Assembly: GCA_031365545.1 (NCBI GenBank)
Contig: JANLYH010000132.1
Span: 4,571-68,570 of the forward strand
DNA from: Pyrinomonadaceae bacterium
GTDB lineage: Bacteria > Acidobacteriota > Blastocatellia > Pyrinomonadales > Pyrinomonadaceae
Direction: 5' to 3'
Length of the DNA: 64,000 nucleotides
Shown here: positions 56,228 to 64,000 of the stretch, one piece after another
How the letters are laid out: each line of letters begins with the position of its first letter
Position numbering within the stretch: position 1 is the first letter of the stretch
Program-made: the position numbers and the translations under genes
The notes under the pieces: generated by a model
The model's database searches: none
The model's input: the letters and a program-made list of their open reading frames with translations, nothing else
Told to the model about the DNA's origin: nothing

Positions 56228-56458
56228 GTGAATAAGTTGTCATTAGTTATTTACACGAAACCAGGCTGTCCCTACTGTGAGCAGGCCCGGGATCATTACA
56301 ACTCTGTCGGTATTGTTTTTACCGACTACGATGCGCAAACAGATCGCGCGCGGAGACAGGAGATGCTGGCCTTTTCGGATGGCGATCCAACCGTGCCGTG
56401 CATTGTGGAAGACGGAAAATATAAAGGGTCGGGCTGGGGCGATCCGCCTCGCGGTTGA
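56228..56458 (+). CDS. Glutaredoxin-like protein
   Basis: YTKPGCPYCEQA (CPYC) and TVPCIV motifs. The start is GTG 56228 or, with better SD spacing, TTG 56237. Confidence 0.8.
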   Translation: MNKLSLVIYTKPGCPYCEQARDHYNSVGIVFTDYDAQTDRARRQEMLAFSDGDPTVPCIVEDGKYKGSGWGDPPRG

Positions 56459-56543
56459 ACGGTCCATGATTAGCGGCCGTGCGCCGCTAGCCTGACGATT
56501 TCAGTTTCACACTCTCAATATAGTTTTCCAGCAGAGGTCTAAC

Positions 56544-58682
56544 ATGAAGAGACGAACAACTGCCTTAGCGCGTTTGCTGATAGCTCTTTCGATCATCGCT
56601 ACTGTTAATTTCAACGGTTGGGCACAATCCAATTCCAATGCTGATTCGCCTCGAATACCTATGACTGAAAAGAAGCCGAAGACCACCACGATTCATGGCG
56701 AGACCATGGTCGACGATTATTTCTGGCTGCGGGAAAAGTCAAATCCCGTAGTCATTGCTCACTTGGAAGCCGAGAACGCCTACGCCGAAGCGTTTATGAA
56801 ACCGACCGTCGGCTTACAAGGCAAGCTTTATAAGGAAATGGTCAGTCACATCAAAGAAACCGACGTGAACGTACCTTACCGCTGGGGAAGCTATTCCTAT
56901 TACACGCGCACTGAGCAGGGCAAGCAATACCCCATTACCTGCCGGAAGCAAGACGGCCCAAATGCGGCGGAAGAAATCCTGCTGGATCAGAACGAGATGG
57001 CCAAGGGCCTTAAGTTTTTTAGCGTGGGCGCGTTTGCTCCGAGCGACGACAATACTCTGCTCGCCTATTCAACTGACACCACTGGCTACCGGCAATACAA
57101 ACTTCACATCAAGGACTTGCGCACCGGTCAGCTCCTGCCGGAAACATTCGAGCGCGTGGGCAGCGTAGCCTGGGCGACCGACAACAAAACGCTTTTCTTC
57201 ACTACGGAAGACGACGTCACCAAGCGGTCCGATAAGTTTTTCCGTCACGTTTTGGGCAGCGATAAAACTGATTTGATCTTTGAAGAGAAGGACGAACTTT
57301 TTGATATCGGCGCCGGCCGCTCGCGAGACAAGGGCTTCATCCTGCTGGGTTCTGAAAGCAAGACCTCGACCGAGTGGCGCTATCTACCCGCTGCCGCGCC
57401 CACAGCCGACTTGAAGATCATCAGTCCGCGCGAAAATGATCATGAGTACAACGTAGATCACCGCGGCAACCTGTTCTACATTCGCACAAACAAAGGCGCT
57501 AAGAACTTTCGCGTCGTGACCACGCCTGACGCCAATCCTGGCCAGGCGAATTGGAAGGAGTTGATCGCTCACCGTCCGGAAGTGAAAATTGAGGACATCG
57601 ATCTCTTTGCAGATCATCTGGTCCTGTCAGAGTGGGAGAAGGGCCTGCAGGACATTGAAATTTTTGACTTCCACTCAGGCAAGCGACATCGCATCAAGTT
57701 TCCTGAGCCGGTCTACTCGGCCTCACTTGCACAAAACCGCGAATTCCAAACTTCAACCATCCGCTATAACTACCAGTCGCTGGTGACACCGAGTTCAGTG
57801 TTTGACTACGACATGAACGCGCGCCAGGCGACGCTGCGCAAAGAAACGGAAGTGCCCGGCGGTTTCAAGAAAAGCAATTACAAGTCTGAGCGGCTCTTCG
57901 CTAATGCTACCGACGGAACGAAAATTCCATTGTCGGTAGTTTACCGCCAGGGGACCAAACTTGATGGCTCTGCGCCACTCCTGCTTTACGGCTACGGCTC
58001 CTATGGCATCTCAATCCCTCCCACCTTTAGTTCCAGCAGACTGAGCCTGCTCGATCGCGGCGTGGTTTATGTCATCGCGCATATTCGTGGCGGCGGCGAG
58101 TTGGGAGAGGAATGGCGCGACGCGGGCCGCATGATGAAGAAGATGAACACCTTCACTGACTTCATCAACAGCGCCGAATTTCTGGTCAAGAACAAGTACA
58201 CTTCGAGCGATCGTCTTGTTATTCAAGGGGGCAGCGCCGGCGGCCTTCTAATGGGCGCGGTCACTAATATGCGTCCGGATCTGTTTAAGGCTGTCGTGGC
58301 GCAGGTGCCTTTCGTTGATGTGCTCAACACCATGCTCGATGCTTCGCTGCCGCTTACGACCAGCGAATATATCGAGTGGGGCAATCCCAACGAGAAGGCG
58401 GCTTACGATTACATGAAAAAGTATTCGCCTTACGATAACGTCGGCCGCAAAAGCTATCCCTCGATGCTGGTGAAGGTTTCGCTTAACGATAGCCAGGTGC
58501 CGTATTGGGAGGGTGCTAAGTTAGTGGCCCGTATTCGCGACCTGAGGACTAACAACAATCCGCTGTTGTTGAAGGTAAACATGGGCGCCGGCCACGGTGG
58601 CTCATCGGGTCGCTACGATTTCCTGCATGAAGTGGCGTTTGACTACGCTTACATGCTGTGGCAGATGGGGATTTCAGAATAA
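56544..58682 (+). CDS. ptrB: Oligopeptidase B (S9A prolyl-oligopeptidase family), exported
   Basis: DDYFWLREKSNP..HLEAENAYA N-terminus, catalytic GGSAGGLLMG, DSQV and GHGG. Confidence 0.87.
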   Translation: MKRRTTALARLLIALSIIATVNFNGWAQSNSNADSPRIPMTEKKPKTTTIHGETMVDDYFWLREKSNPVVIAHLEAENAYAEAFMKPTVGLQGKLYKEMVSHIKETDVNVPYRWGSYSYYTRTEQGKQYPITCRKQDGPNAAEEILLDQNEMAKGLKFFSVGAFAPSDDNTLLAYSTDTTGYRQYKLHIKDLRTGQLLPETFERVGSVAWATDNKTLFFTTEDDVTKRSDKFFRHVLGSDKTDLIFEEKDELFDIGAGRSRDKGFILLGSESKTSTEWRYLPAAAPTADLKIISPRENDHEYNVDHRGNLFYIRTNKGAKNFRVVTTPDANPGQANWKELIAHRPEVKIEDIDLFADHLVLSEWEKGLQDIEIFDFHSGKRHRIKFPEPVYSASLAQNREFQTSTIRYNYQSLVTPSSVFDYDMNARQATLRKETEVPGGFKKSNYKSERLFANATDGTKIPLSVVYRQGTKLDGSAPLLLYGYGSYGISIPPTFSSSRLSLLDRGVVYVIAHIRGGGELGEEWRDAGRMMKKMNTFTDFINSAEFLVKNKYTSSDRLVIQGGSAGGLLMGAVTNMRPDLFKAVVAQVPFVDVLNTMLDASLPLTTSEYIEWGNPNEKAAYDYMKKYSPYDNVGRKSYPSMLVKVSLNDSQVPYWEGAKLVARIRDLRTNNNPLLLKVNMGAGHGGSSGRYDFLHEVAFDYAYMLWQMGISE

Positions 58683-60503
58683 CTGCCCGGTTGTTCCTGC
58701 GGCATTAGTCTTCTGAGGGTCTTTTCGCAGTAGCGACTGTACCAGCAGCAGCCTGGCCATCAGTCGGAGTTCATTGCGATCGAAGCGATCGGCAGCGGCC
58801 CTGGTGCGATCGAAGTCTACGTTGGCCAGAGCGGCGACGCTCTTTCCATACTTTAAGACCGCATAGTCGATCGGGATAATTCCCGATTGCCGCATTGTGA
58901 TTTCACCTTTTTTGACCATCCCGGTCCTCACGAGCTTGTCCAGCAATAAAAGCTTGGTCAATTCATCGTTGGCGCGGTCAACAGTTCGGTCAATGATGCC
59001 GAAAGCCCTGGCTGGTTCCACCAAAGCATAAGCGCCCACGAGTGCGATTAGGGCATTGGTCTGCGTTTCGCTGTCGAAGCCGGTCTTGATCAGGGTTTGC
59101 GCTTCGTCAAGCATCCTCAACGCCTCGTCATGATCACCGCGTTTCCCGAGGGTGACCGCGATCTCGCTCATTGCGCGTGCGCGTTCTTCCAGGCGCCGGA
59201 TCTGAGAAAGCATCTTTTCGAGCGCTTCAACGTCGCCTCGCTCCGTCGCGAAGTTGATCTGCTCAGTGTCTAAAGCATCAAGCAAATTCTTCCGCCGCGA
59301 CTCATCAGTGATTTCCGTGTTTATGAATTCACGGATGGAATCCGCGCGCTGGCGGACTACCGCCGCCGCTATCGCCTGTTGCTCAATCTCCCGCTGTCGG
59401 TTCCCAGCCTTGCTCGCAAACTTCAAGATGTCTTCCGGCGAACCCTTGTTGACTAGCGCGTTATAGTCGCTCCATAGTTTCTGGTCATTGTTAAGTGTCG
59501 GCCTTAAGGCAGCCAGCTTTCGCTCGATCGGCGTCAGGCGCTCCGGTGCGAACTCTCTGATCTCCGGCATGATGGTCGATAGAGCGAAGAGCAGGTTTCC
59601 ATTGGCGGATTCGGTGAGGGCAGCGTTGGTAATCATTCCAGTCAGATCGCGGCGTTGTTCCTGAGCGAGTTGCAACGGGCCCAATGCTGACGAAGTGTAG
59701 CCGACGGGCGCGCGGCTGAGGGTCAGAAGCGAAACCGCGATGTGGGAGCGCTGTAAATCTGTGTCGATGCTTCGCCCGTGGAGTTTGTCGATGATCTCGC
59801 CGGCAAACTTTGTGGCGAGTTCACTGTCTTGTTGGTTGAGCGTGTAAAGAAACTGAAACAGTTGAAACGAGAAACCCTTTGCCAAACTTTCGCGAGCCAG
59901 TTGCAGAGCTTTCTGCGGATCGCGTGCTGAAGCTTCAGTGGCGATCTGTTGCTCGAGCATGTGATCGTCCGGGAGGGAAAAACCCTGGCTTGCCCACTCA
60001 ACGGGAGGCTCAACCGGAACCTGGCGCGTGCCGCGTAGGATTTCTAAAGCAAACTGAGGGTCGCGGCGGGCTATGCGTAATAACAATTCCTGACGCAGTC
60101 CGAAGAAACTCAGGTAGTCGCTAAGACTCGTTTCCTTGTCTTTGACTGAAGGCTTTGCACCTTGGGAAACCGGCCCGCTTCGATCTGGGCCAAGTGAAAT
60201 ATTCAGCAGGTTAAGAGTGCTAGTGGCGTCTCTGAAAAGATAGCGAGCGCGCGGTTGGTCGTGTTCCCAAAGCAAGTCTGCGGCGGCGGCTAAAACATAG
60301 GAACGGTTTTCCGGCAGCTTCAGACTCAGGGCACTCGCGGCAATCTCGTCAACCAGAGCGTAGGTCTTGCGATCGAGTTGCTGCTTTCCCGCGGTTTCCT
60401 TTTCCCGCTGCTCTGGCTCGCTCACTTGAGCAGCAGCCGGAAGGGAGCTGGAAACTAACAACAAACAGAGAAGTGATCCCGTCAGTGTGGCTTTAATTCT
60501 CAT
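58674..60503 (-). CDS. Secreted all-helical repeat protein, hypothetical
   Basis: The start is trimmed to ATG 60503 (MRIKATLTGSLLCLLLVSSSLPAAAQ signal). Its 3' end overlaps the convergent ptrB by 9 nt. No recognisable motif. Confidence 0.5.
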   Translation of the reverse strand: MRIKATLTGSLLCLLLVSSSLPAAAQVSEPEQREKETAGKQQLDRKTYALVDEIAASALSLKLPENRSYVLAAAADLLWEHDQPRARYLFRDATSTLNLLNISLGPDRSGPVSQGAKPSVKDKETSLSDYLSFFGLRQELLLRIARRDPQFALEILRGTRQVPVEPPVEWASQGFSLPDDHMLEQQIATEASARDPQKALQLARESLAKGFSFQLFQFLYTLNQQDSELATKFAGEIIDKLHGRSIDTDLQRSHIAVSLLTLSRAPVGYTSSALGPLQLAQEQRRDLTGMITNAALTESANGNLLFALSTIMPEIREFAPERLTPIERKLAALRPTLNNDQKLWSDYNALVNKGSPEDILKFASKAGNRQREIEQQAIAAAVVRQRADSIREFINTEITDESRRKNLLDALDTEQINFATERGDVEALEKMLSQIRRLEERARAMSEIAVTLGKRGDHDEALRMLDEAQTLIKTGFDSETQTNALIALVGAYALVEPARAFGIIDRTVDRANDELTKLLLLDKLVRTGMVKKGEITMRQSGIIPIDYAVLKYGKSVAALANVDFDRTRAAADRFDRNELRLMARLLLVQSLLRKDPQKTNAAGTTGQLF

Positions 60504-60715
60504 CGTGTGCGGGCGGGGCGACGTTCCAAATCTGTCTGCAAAGATAACGCCGCACAATGCTGGAGGGCAACGACTCTTCGTGGCGCAACTCTTCATTTGC
60601 GACTCGTCGGGCAGCCAGTCCCCAGCGGATTATCCGCTAAACTAACGAATTGCGTTACGCAGGTTGCGGTTCTGCAAGGGTTGGGAGTTAAATAAGGTGT
60701 AAGCAACAAAACCTC

Positions 60716-63187
60716 ATGGTTGGATCAACGTTAGGGAATTACAAGATTCTCGAGAAGCTCGGCGCGGGCGGGCAGGGAACCGTCTACAAAGCGATCGATT
60801 CCAAACTCGGCCGCACGGTGGTGATCAAGGTCCTGCCTGAAGAGCTCCTCGCCAAACCAGCTAACGTAAAGCGCTTTGAGCGCGAAGCGCGCCTCGCCTC
60901 CTCGCTCGATCACGCCAACATCTGCACGATTTTCGATCTCAACGTTATCAACGGCATCCACTTCATTGCGATGCAATATATTCCCGGGCGCAACGTGCGG
61001 CAGTTAGTTAACGGTAAGCCCTTGCAACTCGAGAGTGCGTTGTCGATCGCGATCCAGGTTACGGACGCACTTGCCGTGGCTCATGCTCAGGGGATAATTC
61101 ATCGCGACATCAAAGCCGGCAACGTCATGGTGACCGGCCAGGGTCAGGCGAAGGTGCTTGATTTCGGTCTGGCCAAACTGCTCGACGACGATGCGGCCCG
61201 CACCTCTGGAATCCATCACACTGAGCTCACTGAAGTAGGCATACCGTATGGCACAGCAACCTATGCAGCTCCGGAACAGGCGCGGGGAGATCGGGTTGAT
61301 TCACGCGCGGACATCTTTTCTACCGGCGTGTTGCTTTACGAAATGCTCAGCGGTACCTGGCCATTCAAGGGGAAGACGGCAGTAGACGTGCGTCATGCGG
61401 TGCTGCATGAAAACCCGGGGCCAATCAATGAAGTGCGACAGGATCGAGTGCCTGAACGTTTGCAGCAGATACTTGATCGCGCCCTACAAAAGAATCCGCG
61501 CGATCGTTATCAACAGATATCACAATTTCGCGACGATCTGCGCGCCGTTGCTCGAGACGTGGCCCTGGCTAGCGGCGCAGTAATCGACGAGAGCGGTGGT
61601 CCAGTTGCACCGCGTCACTTGAATGCCGAAGGTCCAATGGCGTGGGCGAAGCGCTGGTTCAAGAGTATTACCGGAAGCGAGACTTCGGGTGGCTCCTCCG
61701 CTCGCGGGCGCGGCACTTCGCAACCGAACGAGGCGCACGAAACGCCCACAACTTTTGGCGAGACTGAGCGCAAGAGCGTCGCGATCATGCCTTTCAAGAA
61801 CCTGGGTAACGACCCCGAGACTGCCTTCTACGAATTCTCGCTTGCCGACGCGGTAATTACCGAACTCGCGCGCGTGCGGGCGTTGGTCGTGCGTCCGTCG
61901 TCGGTGATCGTGAAATACCAAGGTCAACAATTCGACCCGGGTGACGTGGGCCGGGAGCTGGACGTGGATGCGATTCTGACTGCCAGTTTCCTGCGTGTAA
62001 AAGATCATCTGCGAGTGACAGTGCAACTGCTCGACGTCAGAACCGGCGAGATTCTCTGGGGCGATCGCATTGACGCCGATGCCAGTGACATTATCGCCGT
62101 GCAAGACACCATCGTTAAGCACATCGTCGAAGGGTTACGCATCGAGCTTAGTCCGGATGAGCAAGTTGATCTGGCGAAGGGTTCGACAACCGATGCCGCT
62201 GCTTCCGAGGAATACTTGCGTGGACGCCACTGCATGGGTCAGTTTATTTACCACACCATTAGTCGGGCTGATCTCGAATCGGCGATTAGTCACTTCGAAC
62301 GAGCGACGGAGTTGGATCCCAAATTTGCGTTGGCCCACTCTGCTTTGGGAGGTTGCTATATAAATCGGGTTCTCAAGGGGCTGGGCGAGGCACACGATCA
62401 CGAAAAGGCGCTGGGGGCATTCAATAAGGCGCTGGCGCTCGATCCCAAGTTGCTGGAAGCGCGCATGCACATGATCTTCATTTACATCAGCACCGGCCAA
62501 AAACCGAAGGCGCGTGAGGAAGTTGAGCTCTTGCGCGAGGAGTATCCGAACGACGTAGGCGTCCATTTTGCGCGCGGATATCTGGCACGCCTCGACAGTG
62601 ATTACGACCGCGCGCTGCGGAGTTTTGAACGGATGGTTCGGTTGGATCCGAACGAACGAGTAGTGACCAGTTACAATCGTGCGCGGATTCTCATGTACCA
62701 GGCACGTTATGAAGAGGCGCTGGAGGAAATCAATCAAGGGGCACAACTGGAACCGGATCATCCGATGATCCAGACCTTCCGGGGCCGGGTACTGTATTAT
62801 CGTGGTGAGGTTGACGCGGCTTCGCGAATCCTCGAACAAGTCCTCGAACGTCATCCGAAGATGGACGGAATTCGCCCGATTCTGGCCACCTGTCTAAGTG
62901 CGCAAGGCAAACACGAGCTTGCCAATAAGCATTTGACCGACCGGGTAAAGATAGTAGCTGCCGAGGACCACGACATTGCTTACTGGCTGGCATCGGCCTA
63001 TTTATTGCAGGGCCGGCAAGTTGTGGCGCTCGAGTGGCTGCAGAAGGCAATTAATTTGGGCAACGATAATTTTCTCTGGTTTGAGTCAGATCCGAATTGG
63101 ACCGACCTTCACAACGACCCGCGTTTTAAAGAAATGATGCAAAGGGTCAGGGCGTCACTGGAGAAACGCGAGGGAACCGCTGCATGA
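60716..63187 (+). CDS. Ser/Thr protein kinase with a central TolB-N-like module and C-terminal TPR repeats
   Basis: GAGGQGTVYKA, VVIKV, HRDIKAGNVM, DFGLAK and YAAPEQ. The middle has KSVAIMPFKNLGNDPE. TPR-like repeats follow to the C-terminus. Confidence 0.9.
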   Translation: MVGSTLGNYKILEKLGAGGQGTVYKAIDSKLGRTVVIKVLPEELLAKPANVKRFEREARLASSLDHANICTIFDLNVINGIHFIAMQYIPGRNVRQLVNGKPLQLESALSIAIQVTDALAVAHAQGIIHRDIKAGNVMVTGQGQAKVLDFGLAKLLDDDAARTSGIHHTELTEVGIPYGTATYAAPEQARGDRVDSRADIFSTGVLLYEMLSGTWPFKGKTAVDVRHAVLHENPGPINEVRQDRVPERLQQILDRALQKNPRDRYQQISQFRDDLRAVARDVALASGAVIDESGGPVAPRHLNAEGPMAWAKRWFKSITGSETSGGSSARGRGTSQPNEAHETPTTFGETERKSVAIMPFKNLGNDPETAFYEFSLADAVITELARVRALVVRPSSVIVKYQGQQFDPGDVGRELDVDAILTASFLRVKDHLRVTVQLLDVRTGEILWGDRIDADASDIIAVQDTIVKHIVEGLRIELSPDEQVDLAKGSTTDAAASEEYLRGRHCMGQFIYHTISRADLESAISHFERATELDPKFALAHSALGGCYINRVLKGLGEAHDHEKALGAFNKALALDPKLLEARMHMIFIYISTGQKPKAREEVELLREEYPNDVGVHFARGYLARLDSDYDRALRSFERMVRLDPNERVVTSYNRARILMYQARYEEALEEINQGAQLEPDHPMIQTFRGRVLYYRGEVDAASRILEQVLERHPKMDGIRPILATCLSAQGKHELANKHLTDRVKIVAAEDHDIAYWLASAYLLQGRQVVALEWLQKAINLGNDNFLWFESDPNWTDLHNDPRFKEMMQRVRASLEKREGTAA

Positions 63188-63975
63188 AAACTTTTGTCGT
63201 CGGAGATGTTCATGGTCGTCGCGATCAACTAAGTGCGCTCCTCGAGATGCTTCCTCGCGACGAAGCTGCGGACACGCTCGTCTTTTTGGGCGACTTGATT
63301 GATAGAGGGCCAGATGCGCCTGGTTGCGTCGACCTGGTGATGAAAGTACAGCAGGAAAATCCTGAACGAGTGCTTTGTCTCCGGGGTAACCACGAACAGA
63401 TGCTGCTGGATTTTATTGAGGGCAGCGCCAATCTTTGGATTACGCCGGTGACCGGCGGGGAGCGCACGTTTGAGCAATACACGGGAAAGGCCCTGAGCGT
63501 TACCCGGGAAAAGGATCTCGACGATGCGCGCCGTGCAGTCGAAAGCAGCGTACCGCCAGAGCATTTAGACTTCTTCAAAACGCTCCCCTTCTACCACGAA
63601 GACCATTATGCGATCTATGTACACGCCGGTCTCGATCGCGCCAAACATCCGCGCGACACGCCGCCGCAATCCTTACTCTGGATGCGCGATATGGAGTTTT
63701 ACAAAAACTATCGCGGCAAGCCTTGTATCTTTGGCCACACGCCTACGCCGCTGCTGCCATTGCGCGGACGCGTTGGCCGCCACGGCATTTATATTTCTCA
63801 TAGCGCCATTGGCATTGATACCGGCTACAGTCTGCAGTCTCCGCTAAGCTGTCTTTGCCTGCCAAGCTTCACGCTTTACCAGGCGTTTTCCGACGGTCGC
63901 GCGGAGACGCATCACATCACGTCTTTTATTCCCGAGACGTTGAAAGCAATGCAGAAAAAGGCCGGGCTTGGTTAG
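63184..63975 (+). CDS. PPP-family metallophosphoesterase (Ser/Thr phosphatase, PrpA/ApaH-like)
   Basis: GDVHGR, GDLIDRGPD, GNHE and GHTP motifs. The ATG overlaps the kinase stop (ATGA at 63184-63187). Confidence 0.85.
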   Translation: MKTFVVGDVHGRRDQLSALLEMLPRDEAADTLVFLGDLIDRGPDAPGCVDLVMKVQQENPERVLCLRGNHEQMLLDFIEGSANLWITPVTGGERTFEQYTGKALSVTREKDLDDARRAVESSVPPEHLDFFKTLPFYHEDHYAIYVHAGLDRAKHPRDTPPQSLLWMRDMEFYKNYRGKPCIFGHTPTPLLPLRGRVGRHGIYISHSAIGIDTGYSLQSPLSCLCLPSFTLYQAFSDGRAETHHITSFIPETLKAMQKKAGLG

Positions 63976-64000
63976 GCTAATGCACGGTGCCGGCGTATTT

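Overview
The window is mostly a housekeeping chromosomal segment. I infer an Acidobacteriota-type genome (about 55% GC by eye) from two features: tandem VWFA paralogs with the acidobacterial-type C-terminal tail, and a carboxypeptidase-regulatory-domain TonB-dependent receptor. I call 53 protein genes, no rRNA or tRNA genes, no CRISPR array and no transposase or integrase. Contents in order: a glycan/EPS locus (4 glycosyltransferases, a bi-domain oxidoreductase, asnB, a coupled response regulator); ald and an aldehyde dehydrogenase; htrA; a Zn-ADH; cytochrome c; purF, an MBL-fold gene, purM and purN; tyrS; a DUF433-PIN toxin-antitoxin pair; a thiolase; a TonB receptor; a PAS histidine kinase; a secreted beta-propeller protein; DUF1015, serA, an SDR and serC; rluD; two VWA proteins; a 1464-aa hybrid histidine kinase; a co-directional minus-strand run of eight genes (seven closely spaced, then a divergent type III PKS after a 398-nt gap); a thiol-redox neighbourhood; ptrB; and a Ser/Thr kinase with a coupled phosphatase. 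I do not see a convincing defence or mobile system. The strongest unexplained signal is non-coding. At least nine gene 3' ends carry tandem arrays of degenerate heptanucleotides that begin at or within a few nt of the stop codon, and eight of the nine have an inverted partner array, so they form long imperfect hairpins. Three heptamer families recur at two loci each. The next most interesting items are the divergent type III PKS with its strictosidine-synthase-like and GrdB-like neighbours, and the translationally coupled minus-strand operon. All functional calls come from reading motifs by eye, and no database search was possible.
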